Origin: an uncultured virus (IMG/VR IMGVR_UViG_3300031994_005371)
Taxonomy: Duplodnaviria > Heunggongvirae > Uroviricota > Caudoviricetes
Length of the DNA: 64,000 nt
IMG/VR virus record: IMGVR_UViG_3300031994_005371
Strand: one strand, 5' to 3'
The translations under genes and the position numbers were made by a program. The number at the start of each line of letters is the position of its first letter. Positions within the stretch are counted from its first letter, which is position 1. Of the stretch, positions 47,685 to 56,933 are shown piece after piece. The notes beneath the pieces are model-generated. The model was not told where the DNA came from. It was given only the letters and a program-made list of their open reading frames with translations, and ran no database searches.

Positions 47685-48034
47685 TGTACTTTAATAATAC
47701 ATTCGTAGACCCCAATGAAAGGAACGCTTATGCCCCTTGTTGTAAGGAGGTAGGTGGAGTCCTTTTTGATACCGGCGCATTCCGGGGCCGCGTTGAATCC
47801 GGCGGTGCGAATGTGATATGCTCCCCTATCCGTAGATACAATGTAGTAAATACGTGTACTGAAGCCATCGCTATCGCCCTCGGTGCTCTCAACTTTATCT
47901 ATGGAAAGAACGGTGTGGCGTTGTGTCTTTTCGTTAATGAAGTTCGCTAAAACTCCAAACGAAACAATTACGAGCGTAATTAAAAGCGCAAAGACCTTTG
48001 CGAAAGCCCCTGCGCCTGATTTCTTGTTTCTCAT
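47681..48034 (-). CDS. Membrane-anchored hypothetical protein
   Basis: N-terminal transmembrane helix. Confidence 0.7.
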   Translation of the reverse strand: MRNKKSGAGAFAKVFALLITLVIVSFGVLANFINEKTQRHTVLSIDKVESTEGDSDGFSTRIYYIVSTDRGAYHIRTAGFNAAPECAGIKKDSTYLLTTRGISVPFIGVYECIIKVQ

Positions 48035-48036
48035 GA

Positions 48037-48084
48037 TTCTTTTTCCTTACGCGCGGGCCACGGCCCGGCCTCCAAAGCCGGGCC
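48037..48084 (-). promoter_or_regulatory. Hairpin and conserved tail downstream of VR2
   Basis: GGCCCGGC-TTTGGAG-GCCGGGCC, then CCCGCGCGTAAGGAAAAAGAA. Confidence 0.8.
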
Positions 48085-48099
48085 TACCCACGAAGATTA

Positions 48100-48630
48100 T
48101 TAGTATTCTCGGCAGGGCCGCACCGAAAAGCCGTTGCTACGGCTGTAGCCGTCCAGCGGGCTAACGTAGCCCGAATTGAAGTGCAAGTAACGGGCGCCGG
48201 CCTGGCTGGTTTTACTCACGCAGCGGGTCCAGTAATACCCGTAGCTACCGCTACCTACTCCGTCGTGCCCGTCGGCAGGAAGGAAGATAGATTTTCCGTT
48301 AGGGCCGATAACCTTATAGCCTTCGCCCGTCCACTTCCACTCGCAGTTTTCGTAGAGCTCGGCCATTGCGGTTGCGCTGGGGAGATACTCGCCGAAGGTT
48401 TCCTGTGCCTCTTCATGGGTGAAAAACCGCTTCCCGTTGACCTTTGCGTTGTGGTCGTACCAAAGGTTGCCGGACGGAAGCCCCAAATCCACCCAATCGG
48501 ATTTATTCGGAACGAAAGTCGGCTGGAAATCAAAGAGGTTGGATACGGCATTGCGGATTTCCTCGGTGGTTTTTTCGTCGTTCACGACGACCTTTGCCCT
48601 CTCGATAAGGGCATTCAAATCTTTAATCAT
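48100..48630 (-). CDS. DGR target 2 (remote), 176 aa
   Basis: WVDLGLPSGNLW, GPNGKSIFLPA, ends GFSVRPCREY like target 1. Confidence 0.9.
   Translation of the reverse strand: MIKDLNALIERAKVVVNDEKTTEEIRNAVSNLFDFQPTFVPNKSDWVDLGLPSGNLWYDHNAKVNGKRFFTHEEAQETFGEYLPSATAMAELYENCEWKWTGEGYKVIGPNGKSIFLPADGHDGVGSGSYGYYWTRCVSKTSQAGARYLHFNSGYVSPLDGYSRSNGFSVRPCREY
48105..48210 (-). repeat. DGR variable repeat VR2
   Basis: 106 bp matching TR 40788-40893; 13 of 15 mismatches are at TR adenines. Confidence 0.94.
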
Positions 48631-48635
48631 AGTGC

Positions 48636-48815
48636 TTATTGTTTTAAGAGTTCGTTAAGATTCAGCGACGCATTGCTTATCATGTGGATAACATTTGCGC
48701 CGAGGATTGCCTCGGCCACCGTTGCGTCAGTAAAGGTTATCCGGCCAATTATGCGGCCAGCCTTGTTTAGTTTCCTCCGCGCCCTTTTGAGCCGGATTTT
48801 ATCTATCGTATTCAT
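48636..48815 (-). CDS. Hypothetical protein (59 aa)
   Basis: Translated by hand; fills the gap with an ATGA overlap. Confidence 0.5.
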   Translation of the reverse strand: MNTIDKIRLKRARRKLNKAGRIIGRITFTDATVAEAILGANVIHMISNASLNLNELLKQ

Positions 48816-49045
48816 ACGTTCTCAAAGTAAATATCCTGCCAGCGCGTACCGGCGGGAATGTTGAACAATTTTTGAATCTTCGCGTAATCGCTGGGGTTAT
48901 CCAGAAACATTTGCACCGGCTCTTTCTTTGCGTATCGGAGCATTCGTAGATACTGGCCGAGCTTGGCCTCGGATTTGACTACCCCGGTTTCTGCAAAGCG
49001 GGCGGCCCCTGAAATAGTCTTGTAGTAATGTATTTGTTCTGCCAT
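48812..49045 (-). CDS. Hypothetical protein
   Basis: Coupled ORF. Confidence 0.6.
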   Translation of the reverse strand: MAEQIHYYKTISGAARFAETGVVKSEAKLGQYLRMLRYAKKEPVQMFLDNPSDYAKIQKLFNIPAGTRWQDIYFENV

Positions 49046-49047
49046 AG

Positions 49048-51081
49048 CTAAAGCGGTAAATCGTCAATATCCTCCGGCATGGGAGCGACCTGCTCGAACG
49101 AGGTTTGGACGGGCTCTTCCTGCCAGCCGAATATGATATTTTCGGCAATGTCGTTCTTGATGCGCCGGGTTTCCGGCTCGTAGTACAGCCCAATCAAGTA
49201 GTCAGTAACGCCTATTGAGCGGTTTTTAACGATTTCCAGCACCACGTCAAAGCACATGTACTCCGCGACCTTTGCGGCCCCGAAAAAGTCCTTTGCGCGT
49301 TTCTCAAAGTCGTTTCCTACCCGGTGCGAGATTATCAAGTTGTCGCAAAGGTTGGTGAGGTTTGCAGTACCCGCGATAGACTCCTTTCGGAGAAGCTGGA
49401 AGGATTGCTCCTTTCTCGGGTGGCATACCAAAATCACATGGATATTTTCGCGGGTGCAAAGGTCCTTGACCTGTTTTACAAACCGCGTTTCCCTGGAATT
49501 TTGGTCGCTATCGTCGAACTCCAGCGCCATGAGGTTGTCAATCATAACGAGCCTGATTCCCTCGGTATGGATTACTTCAACGATTTTGTCATAAAGCTGG
49601 TCCCAATTTGAACCGTAGTCGTTGTTGTAGAGAAACAACTTGCCGTCGAGCCAATCGTTGATTTTGTCGGAAATGTTCTTTGGCGCATAGTATATGTCGT
49701 CATACCCGGCCTTCTGGCGAACGAAAGCCTTTCCTGCAGCCATTTGGTCTATCCACGACTGAAAGCGCGACCCTTTGAGCTCCCCGGAGAATATCGCCGT
49801 TTTTTCGCCTCTTTGAACCGCGTTGAGGGCAAAGAAATCCAAAAACGTTGTCTTTCCGGAGCCGGACAGCCCGGAGAATATCGTAAGGTCGCCGAGCGTG
49901 AATCCCATAATTTTCCGGTCAAGCGCCGAAATGCCGGAGGCAATACTGACAAGCTCGGACGGGTCTTGCCAAACAATATCCTTCATTGACAGCCAAACCT
50001 TTCCACGCTTATCCTCTACAATCGGCGCAACGGTCTTTTGTGGCGCTCCGCTATAATAGCGTCGTTTCCTTGCGTATTCCTCTTGCTCCCGCCGGTCGTA
50101 AGCCTGCGGGTCGTAGTGTAGCCGAAATTCGCGCCAATGGAAATGCTGACAGGAGTTGTGGAGGCAACGGAACGCGATAGCGCCCGAATCCATAACAAAT
50201 AAGGCCGAATCAGGGGCTTTGTGACCCCCGAATGGGCACTCGTCCAAAATCAGCTTTAAACCGCCGGAAAAACGGGTTTCTTTGGCAATCCCAATCCCAT
50301 GCTGGGAAATGAAACTGCGAATGTCGAATTTTTCCGTTGAATAATTGTTATACCGGCTGGGCTGTTCCGGTTTCGGGAGGTAAGATGCAACCTTTTTGAT
50401 ATAGGCTATATCCACCTCTTTGTATGACTCCGGCACATAGCAGAAGAATGACTGCCTTTGCGGCCGCTCCGGCGTGTCGGTCCCCTTTGCTGATTTCGTA
50501 CCAATCAGCTTGGAGATACGGGAGGCGTTGAACACGCTTGTATCAATCTTTACCGCATCGGAAGAAAAGAGCATATCCAGCACTTGAAGAAAGTTCTTGA
50601 TAAGCTCGGTGTTTTCCGGGATATTATCGAGATAGACCTTGTAAAGCAGGTGGTAGCCGTTCGCCGAATCGGCAATCACCGGCTTCTCAAACCCCTGGTC
50701 TGCAAGGTACTTGATAATGTTTTTCGCGGTTTCCCATGCGAGCGCCTTTTCCGCGTCCGATGCGTTGGTGTCCGACGAGCGCTCCGGGTCAAGGTCAATC
50801 AAAAGCGTTGTGCGGAACTCAATATCGTTATCCGACGTGGTGGCCTTCGGCTTTTGTATGATGCAATCATGCTGGGTGCGCCCGTAGCATGAATCCTTGA
50901 TGGCGTTAATCGTAGCGTATATCCCGTAGCCCTCATAGGCCCGAATATCCGCTATCAGCTTTTCGGGATTTGTGTAGTAGCCGGAGAATGTTTTTCCCCG
51001 GCCCAAAATCCGAACTTCCGTAAGCGGATTGTCGCGCTTAAATATATCCCACCACCGCCGTATTTCGCTCTCGTTAATCAT
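49048..51081 (-). CDS. Primase-helicase: AEP/primpol-like N-terminus, Zn-binding segment, DnaB-like SF4 helicase
   Basis: LIDLD, SANGYHL, CPF..H...C.HNSC, GLSGSGKT, IDNLM, HPRK, KNR. Confidence 0.88.
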   Translation of the reverse strand: MINESEIRRWWDIFKRDNPLTEVRILGRGKTFSGYYTNPEKLIADIRAYEGYGIYATINAIKDSCYGRTQHDCIIQKPKATTSDNDIEFRTTLLIDLDPERSSDTNASDAEKALAWETAKNIIKYLADQGFEKPVIADSANGYHLLYKVYLDNIPENTELIKNFLQVLDMLFSSDAVKIDTSVFNASRISKLIGTKSAKGTDTPERPQRQSFFCYVPESYKEVDIAYIKKVASYLPKPEQPSRYNNYSTEKFDIRSFISQHGIGIAKETRFSGGLKLILDECPFGGHKAPDSALFVMDSGAIAFRCLHNSCQHFHWREFRLHYDPQAYDRREQEEYARKRRYYSGAPQKTVAPIVEDKRGKVWLSMKDIVWQDPSELVSIASGISALDRKIMGFTLGDLTIFSGLSGSGKTTFLDFFALNAVQRGEKTAIFSGELKGSRFQSWIDQMAAGKAFVRQKAGYDDIYYAPKNISDKINDWLDGKLFLYNNDYGSNWDQLYDKIVEVIHTEGIRLVMIDNLMALEFDDSDQNSRETRFVKQVKDLCTRENIHVILVCHPRKEQSFQLLRKESIAGTANLTNLCDNLIISHRVGNDFEKRAKDFFGAAKVAEYMCFDVVLEIVKNRSIGVTDYLIGLYYEPETRRIKNDIAENIIFGWQEEPVQTSFEQVAPMPEDIDDLPL

Positions 51082-51686
51082 TATCGCTGGGGTTTACGGC
51101 GCGACTCGGTAAACAGCTGGAGCTCGCCCTGTTCCTGCTCGGAATAATCCGGGAGGTTGTTCAGGAACGTGGAGAAGTTCTGAATCCAGCTCCGTTTTTC
51201 CGTAGCCTCGTCAATATAGCGTTTGATTGTAGCGGCGAGCTCTTCCTCTGTGTGGCCCTTTTTGAGCAGGCGCACAATCTTTTGAACGTCGGACTTTGAC
51301 TTACCAGTGCCGCGTCCGCTTGTGGGGCATTTGGTGGGATAGAGCTTATAGATGCGCTCGGCGATTTCCTGAAGCCCCGTGGTTTCCTCGGTCGGCTTGG
51401 TTTCGGGTGTAGCCTCCGCCGGGGCTTTATCCTCAAACTTGGTTTGAAGAATCTTCCACTTCTTTCCGTCCACGGCGAGCTCTTTTCTTATAACGAGTCC
51501 CCGCTCGGCTAACGAATTGATTACCGGCGTTGCGTTGGTCGCTCCGATTTTCTCCGCAAGGTCGCTTGCGCTCCCACACCAAAGGCCGCACCCGCCTTTG
51601 GTACACTCAAAGACAACGGCATAGGCCAGTAGTTCAAGACCTTTCAATTTGAGGTCCCGAATCATAAAATCTTCAATTACTATCAT
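51081..51686 (-). CDS. Putative replication protein with N-terminal winged HTH
   Basis: LKLKGLELLAYAVV; IYKLYP.K...NFSTFLN. Confidence 0.65.
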   Translation of the reverse strand: MIVIEDFMIRDLKLKGLELLAYAVVFECTKGGCGLWCGSASDLAEKIGATNATPVINSLAERGLVIRKELAVDGKKWKILQTKFEDKAPAEATPETKPTEETTGLQEIAERIYKLYPTKCPTSGRGTGKSKSDVQKIVRLLKKGHTEEELAATIKRYIDEATEKRSWIQNFSTFLNNLPDYSEQEQGELQLFTESRRKPQR

Positions 51687-52165
51687 AACTCAAAGCATAG
51701 ATTTTTATTGGATTGGAATACCGCCGGGCCGCCATTTTTAAGACTATCCGCCGCTATCCGACATAATTCGTCGGCCCGCTCGTTGCCTTTCGTGCCGTTG
51801 TGCCCCCGGACCCATTCAAACTCAACGCGGACTTGGCGTTTTTTACACTCATAAAAGAATCGGTCGATAAGTCCGAGGTTTGCGCTGGCGTTCCATTCTC
51901 TTGAAAGGACCTTTACGCAATACTGGGAATCGGAAATGACTCGTAGGGTGCTTCCGTTCGGAACACACATGACGGCCCGGATAATAGCGCCGAGCTCCTG
52001 CTCTTGGTTGCGTTGTTTTTTGAGCGGGTCGTACTCAACCCGGCGGGCGGCGGCCCGTTCAAAGAGCACCCGTTTTCGGCTTGCGTCCATAAGGAGGACC
52101 GCAGACGCGCCGATTTGCGTTTTCATGTCAAACGACCCGTCCGTGTAGGCGATAAACTTTGCCAT
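51683..52165 (-). CDS. rnhA: Ribonuclease HI
   Basis: YTDGS, EL.A, SDSQY, WVRGHNG..GNERADEL. Confidence 0.9.
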   Translation of the reverse strand: MAKFIAYTDGSFDMKTQIGASAVLLMDASRKRVLFERAAARRVEYDPLKKQRNQEQELGAIIRAVMCVPNGSTLRVISDSQYCVKVLSREWNASANLGLIDRFFYECKKRQVRVEFEWVRGHNGTKGNERADELCRIAADSLKNGGPAVFQSNKNLCFEL

Positions 52166-52167
52166 GA

Positions 52168-53037
52168 TTAGAAAAGTTTTCGTTGCACAAAGGGCAGGAC
52201 CTTTTCACAAGCGCCCTTGAAGAAAGTCTTGTCAATCTCAAAGCCGTAAGCCTTGCGTTTGAGGTTTGCCGCCGCGAGTAGCGTCGTTCCAGAGCCTCCG
52301 CATGGGTCAATCACCACGTCGCCCTCGTCTGTAAAGATTTCGATTAGTCGCTCCAAAAGCGGGACCGGCTTTTGCGTGCTGTGGAGCTTTGGCGTATCGT
52401 TGTCGATTATCCAGTCAAAGCAGTTAAAGACCATGCGCCCCTCGTTGTTGAATTTCGGTAGGCGGTTTCGGTAAAGCACCACAGCATACTCGCAATTCCC
52501 GACAATACGCATATTCGCTTTCAGGACTTGGGCGCTGAAATTCTTACGGAAAACGAGGTTGATATAGTGATTGAATCCGAACTCTTTTGCGGTTTCGATA
52601 AGCTGGAATTGCTGTTCAAACGAGCAAAAGATTACCATGCACGGAGCGCCGCCGGATTTCTTGCCGGTCTTGCCAATGTCCTTCCCATCGGAATTGTCTT
52701 TTGGTTCCGGGCGGAGCATCTGGGTTGCGAAGTGGAGAAACTCTTTTACCTTGAATGAGTAATCCGAGTAGAAAAAGGCTTTGCCCGCCTTGTCGGATTC
52801 TCCGTTTTCGTTTGAGCCTCCGCAATACCAAACGGGGTTGCTCCCGTAAGCGTCCGCTCCTATCCCGTAAGGAATGTCGGAGAGTATGAGCTGCGCCTTT
52901 GGTATGTTCGGGTGGGTCTTGAAATTCTGGAATGAATCGTTGCAATACATGATACCAGCCTCCTTGTTGATATAATCGGGCGCGGGTTTCAGCCTTGCTT
53001 TCTTTTCCTCCAGTTCTTTTCTTCTTTCTTCTGTCAT
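52168..53037 (-). CDS. Amino (N6A/N4C) DNA methyltransferase, beta class
   Basis: DIPY precedes HSTQKP and DPCGGSGTT. Confidence 0.9.
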   Translation of the reverse strand: MTEERRKELEEKKARLKPAPDYINKEAGIMYCNDSFQNFKTHPNIPKAQLILSDIPYGIGADAYGSNPVWYCGGSNENGESDKAGKAFFYSDYSFKVKEFLHFATQMLRPEPKDNSDGKDIGKTGKKSGGAPCMVIFCSFEQQFQLIETAKEFGFNHYINLVFRKNFSAQVLKANMRIVGNCEYAVVLYRNRLPKFNNEGRMVFNCFDWIIDNDTPKLHSTQKPVPLLERLIEIFTDEGDVVIDPCGGSGTTLLAAANLKRKAYGFEIDKTFFKGACEKVLPFVQRKLF

Positions 53038-53206
53038 AACTCAAAGATTTCTAATTGTTGTGGTTGCCGCCGCTTTTCGTCGCGCCGGTACTGGTCGTAT
53101 CTTGCGCAATAGCCGCCTTTGTATGAGCAGTGCGCTTTGGTTGCGTTGTTGTACTGACAGCCGGTGCAGGACTCCTGCCCGTACTTGGCGAGCCATTCTT
53201 TTAGCG

Positions 53207-53362
53207 TCAGCATGATTTAAGGCTTGTTTCGTGGGCGTAGATTAACTTTCCGTCTGGTAAACGAACACGAATACCTCTCGCGGTAAATTCTTCAATTACG
53301 CCCGTTTTAGGGCCGTTTACAGTGTCCCAGCAAACGCGGTCGCCAACTTTAAATTCTCCCAT
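53207..53362 (-). CDS. Small hypothetical protein
   Basis: MGEFKVGDRV. Confidence 0.55.
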   Translation of the reverse strand: MGEFKVGDRVCWDTVNGPKTGVIEEFTARGIRVRLPDGKLIYAHETSLKSC

Positions 53363-53363
53363 G

Positions 53364-54305
53364 TCAAAATAGCGTTGGTTTGAAGTAGTCTTGACCTTTC
53401 GCCACAAAGAGCCGCTCGGTGGATTCCGTCGGCCTATCCGCGTTTAGCGTTGAGTTGATTTTGGTTTCCCAAATACACTCAAACCTATCCTCCGGCATTT
53501 CGTATTCGGAGATATAGACCGGCACGGTTTGTTTCTCAATCCACGCATAGAGCGCATCGGAGTCGAAGTCGGATATTTTCTTTTTCCCGTAGCCATTAGT
53601 CCCGGCGTATGGCGGGTCCAGATAAATGATAGAATCGGGCTCTATCACAACTTCGTTGTAGGATTTCTGCGATATTTGCAGCCGGGCGACTCTTTCAAGA
53701 TTTTGCAGCCGGGCGACTCTTTCAAGATTTTGCAGCCGGGCGACTCTTTCAAGATTTTGCAGCCGGGCGACGCGCTCCAAATGTTCCAAATGAACCTTTC
53801 CGGCGTTGCGGTGTTCGTCCTCGTTCTGGGCGTTGATAATGTCGTAGGCCATGAGCCTTCTCCGCTGGACGTCCGGCTCGGAGTCAATCGGCGTAAGGTC
53901 GTATCCGTATTGTGCTATCAGCGAATAATCCCGAAAGACTATCGCATAGTGCAAAGCCTTCTTGTAGTTCTCAACCTCCCCGGCGGCGTAAATATACGTC
54001 CTGCAGTCCGTCCCGAACGAGAAAAGGAGCTTAATCAGCGCATCGTCGGTCTTGAAAAACTCCTCCCGCGAAATCCACCTTTGCTCGTCCCGGTACTCAC
54101 CGGCAAGGGCATTGGCGAAGATTTGCGGATAGGGCTTCACGTCATTTGCTACAACGCGCTTGTATTTGCCTGAAAACATGGCCGCATGAGTAATCGCACA
54201 GCCACCGGCGAAAAGGTCATAGAGCGTACCGGCTGGCGGAAGGTGCTCCAGCACCTCCTGCGCAATCCGCGATTTCGAGCCTTTGTATGGTAGTCCGTAA
54301 AGCAT
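53364..54305 (-). CDS. Dam/D12-like DNA adenine methyltransferase
   Basis: PYKGSK, DLFAGG, YLDPPY. Confidence 0.88.
   Translation of the reverse strand: MLYGLPYKGSKSRIAQEVLEHLPPAGTLYDLFAGGCAITHAAMFSGKYKRVVANDVKPYPQIFANALAGEYRDEQRWISREEFFKTDDALIKLLFSFGTDCRTYIYAAGEVENYKKALHYAIVFRDYSLIAQYGYDLTPIDSEPDVQRRRLMAYDIINAQNEDEHRNAGKVHLEHLERVARLQNLERVARLQNLERVARLQNLERVARLQISQKSYNEVVIEPDSIIYLDPPYAGTNGYGKKKISDFDSDALYAWIEKQTVPVYISEYEMPEDRFECIWETKINSTLNADRPTESTERLFVAKGQDYFKPTLF
53676..53771. repeat. 27-bp tandem repeat, ~3.6 copies (LERVARLQN)
   Basis: TTGCAGCCGGGCGACTCTTTCAAGATT x3 plus a partial copy. Confidence 0.95.
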
Positions 54306-54688
54306 CAGAACAGCCTCCCCTGAAACGGCCCGCAGTATCTTTTTTTGCGCTGGCGTTCGATACTCTCACAAACACCCATGATTGCCTCGGCCCGTCCGCG
54401 TAGCGAGTCCTCGTAGTCTTTAAGCTCGTCCTCGCTTTCGGCAACGTAGTAGCCCTTACTGGTTGCAATCAGGCACGGTACTAAATCATTTTGGCGAATG
54501 TGGTTGATGATTTTTCTTATACGCGCTGGCCCAGGTCGTATTTCCACCGGGCAGGCGTCTGCTATTTGCTGGTTAAATACAGCGTTTTTGCGCCCGTAAG
54601 CGAGTTTCAGCGTTGGAATGATAAATTCCATTGCCAGAAGCTCAACGTCGCTTAAAGGGGCTGTTTCTTGGCTGAATCCTTGTAGCAT
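54305..54688 (-). CDS. Hypothetical protein (winged-HTH-like)
   Basis: RIRKIINHIR..IATSKGYY; preceded by a full array-type element. Confidence 0.75.
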   Translation of the reverse strand: MLQGFSQETAPLSDVELLAMEFIIPTLKLAYGRKNAVFNQQIADACPVEIRPGPARIRKIINHIRQNDLVPCLIATSKGYYVAESEDELKDYEDSLRGRAEAIMGVCESIERQRKKRYCGPFQGRLF

Positions 54689-54745
54689 AACTCAAAGTGT
54701 TTTGTATGGTAGCCGGAGGCGGTATCACCCGCGACCGGCTAATGT

Positions 54746-55236
54746 TTATTTCAGTTCGGTGTAGGTAACAATCATCAGCTTGTTATCCTTGATAACCGCG
54801 CCCCGCTTTTTGAGCTCGGCCCAAAGCTCCTCGACCGTCATTTTTGAGATATAATCCGATTTGACATAGACCGGCTCGCCGGTGTTGGCTATGATGCCAA
54901 CCGGGTTGTTTGCATAGCGTCTTGCAACCTGGTCCCTTTGGTTTTTGTGGATTGCATCTGCAACCGAGCGGATAAAATGGGGAGTCGGCTCGCTGGTGGC
55001 GGTCCACTTGTAGGCATAGAATACTCCTTTTCGATAGCCCTTGCTGTGGCGCACTTTTGAAAGTACCCCGCGCTTTACAAGCTCGCCTACAATGAGAACG
55101 AGTAACTGGTCGCCGAGGCCCTTGAATCCTTCTTTATACTCTTCGTCTTTTGTGGCGTTGTAGATAAAATCAATCAGTTCTTTGTATCTTCCGAGGTTGG
55201 CATTTGCATTTACCCCCCCCCATTACTATTTTCCAT
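54746..55236 (-). pseudogene. Hypothetical gene interrupted at a G9 tract (55213-55221)
   Basis: ATG 55236 meets TAA right after G9; G10 or G7 joins it to ORF 54746-55054. Confidence 0.6.
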
Positions 55237-55238
55237 GA

Positions 55239-55670
55239 TTAGAAATTGATTAGGTTTTTCTCAAATTCTTCAAGAGATACGAACGGCTGAATCACCCCAA
55301 ATACAACGTCCTTCAGCCTTTCGTAGAAAGTAGAGAACTCCGCGTTATCCATGTTGCTGAAATTCCATGATTTCGGTTTCTCGACAAAGGATTTAAGCCT
55401 GCGGTTAAAGTAAACGTCGTAGTACCCGGCGGCAACCGTCAGATAATCCCGAAAACCCTCCACGGACCGGAATCCGTTTTGGGTTTTCTCGGGAAGATAG
55501 GACCACGCCGCGTTGACGAGCGCAAAGGCTTTCTTGTGGAGCTCATAGTTTCGCGCCAGCCGGATTTCAGCCGTGTAAACTTCTCCGATTTTCAGCATTT
55601 TCTTTGCGTCAAAATCCTCGTCGTAACACGGCTTCAATCCTTGCGGTGTGTTAAGTAGTGTGAGTTTCAT
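55239..55670 (-). CDS. DUF1367/NinB-like protein
   Basis: RNYELHKKAFAL..PKSWNFSNMD..EF..FY. Confidence 0.7.
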   Translation of the reverse strand: MKLTLLNTPQGLKPCYDEDFDAKKMLKIGEVYTAEIRLARNYELHKKAFALVNAAWSYLPEKTQNGFRSVEGFRDYLTVAAGYYDVYFNRRLKSFVEKPKSWNFSNMDNAEFSTFYERLKDVVFGVIQPFVSLEEFEKNLINF

Positions 55671-56296
55671 TAGAATCCCGGAGGAAGGTCGTCCGGCTGG
55701 GGTGTGGTGTAGGCCGGGTCGTTCATCGGAGGATACTGCTGATTACCGGGCTGGCCGGGCTGCGGTACTGCCGGAGGGGGCGTAGGCATTCCACCCTGGG
55801 GGGGGTAAGCGGGTGCTGCTCCCTGTGGTGGGTATGCCGGTTGCTGGTACTGCGGTTGAGGTGGAGCCGCCGGGTAGCCGGGGGCCGGAGGTGCATAACC
55901 CTGCGGAGGCTGGGCGTAACCACCCTGCGGAGGATAACCCGGCTGGGCCGGTGCGGCATTTGCTGGCTTGGGGCCGAGGAGCTGGAGGTTGAATACCTGA
56001 ATCTCGGTGGCGTAGCGCTTTGCTCCGCTTTGGTCCGTCCATTCGCGGGTGTGGAGCTTGCCTTGAACGTAGAGCGACGTGCCCTTCCTGACGTAGTTTG
56101 CCACAACGTCAACGGTCTTACCGTTTGCGACGAGCGAAATCCACTCGGTCGTTTCTTTCGGCTGGCCGTCACGCGCTGTAAACCTCTCCGTCACGGCGAT
56201 ACGCAGATTTGCCACGCGCCCGCCGTCTTGGAACGTGCGGATTTCCGGGTCGGCCCCCACGTTTCCGATAAACTGACAAAGATTAAGTGCTGACAT
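55670..56296 (-). CDS. ssb: Single-stranded DNA-binding protein
   Basis: IGNVGADPEIR, TTEW, KGTSLYVQGKL, Pro/Gln tail, DDLP. Confidence 0.95.
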   Translation of the reverse strand: MSALNLCQFIGNVGADPEIRTFQDGGRVANLRIAVTERFTARDGQPKETTEWISLVANGKTVDVVANYVRKGTSLYVQGKLHTREWTDQSGAKRYATEIQVFNLQLLGPKPANAAPAQPGYPPQGGYAQPPQGYAPPAPGYPAAPPQPQYQQPAYPPQGAAPAYPPQGGMPTPPPAVPQPGQPGNQQYPPMNDPAYTTPQPDDLPPGF

Positions 56297-56302
56297 AGCT
56301 TT

Positions 56303-56614
56303 TTATGATTTGATTTTACTTGGTGTTACTGGAAATTCGGCAACGGTCTGGGCGTTTACGACTTTCACTTTTGCATTTGCTCTTGCGAAGGCAACCGATA
56401 CGGCAGACCATATTTCGCGGAGCGCATCGTCATTGTCAAGGGCGCAACAAGTCGCACCAACAACGTCAGAGCCCTTCCCGGAAACAAGGAATCCCACGCG
56501 CTCCCCATGCGCACCAACGCAAAGGAGCATTCCGTGTTCTTCCTCGTGTTCCTGCGCGAAGTTTTTGCAAGCGTCCAGCGCCTCCCAAAACTCTTCGACG
56601 GTGTTAATCTTCAT
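56303..56614 (-). CDS. Hypothetical protein
   Basis: Coupled ORF; MKIN start like its neighbour. Confidence 0.65.
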   Translation of the reverse strand: MKINTVEEFWEALDACKNFAQEHEEEHGMLLCVGAHGERVGFLVSGKGSDVVGATCCALDNDDALREIWSAVSVAFARANAKVKVVNAQTVAEFPVTPSKIKS

Positions 56615-56933
56615 GGCGAACCCCTTTTGCTTTCAATTCGTCGAGAAGCGCACCCTTCGTAATGTGGTCCAGACTGATGGCGAGGCAGGCCCTGTCGAGT
56701 AATGCGTGGAATCCGCTATCGTTCTTGTAGGCATGGAGAAGCGACTCGGTAAGCATGTCCGCCGGGCCGGTGAGCACCCCGTGGAATCCGTGGTCCTCTC
56801 CCTCCGTATGAACGTAGCCAATAATAAGAGCGTCTTTCTTTTCGTTGTCGGGCTGTTTCTTGTTATTCTCAACGACAAACTCGCGGATAGCCAAAATGGC
56901 CTCTTCGCATTCTTGGTAATTGTTAATCTTCAT
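56604..56933 (-). CDS. Hypothetical protein
   Basis: Coupled ORF. Confidence 0.65.
   Translation of the reverse strand: MKINNYQECEEAILAIREFVVENNKKQPDNEKKDALIIGYVHTEGEDHGFHGVLTGPADMLTESLLHAYKNDSGFHALLDRACLAISLDHITKGALLDELKAKGVRHED

Noticed and set aside
51683..52165. RNase HI as a DGR component
   Set aside because: It lies in the replication operon near the primase-helicase; nothing in the sequence links it to the DGR
55700..55960. Low-complexity GC-rich repeats
   Set aside because: They encode the Pro/Gln-rich disordered SSB tail
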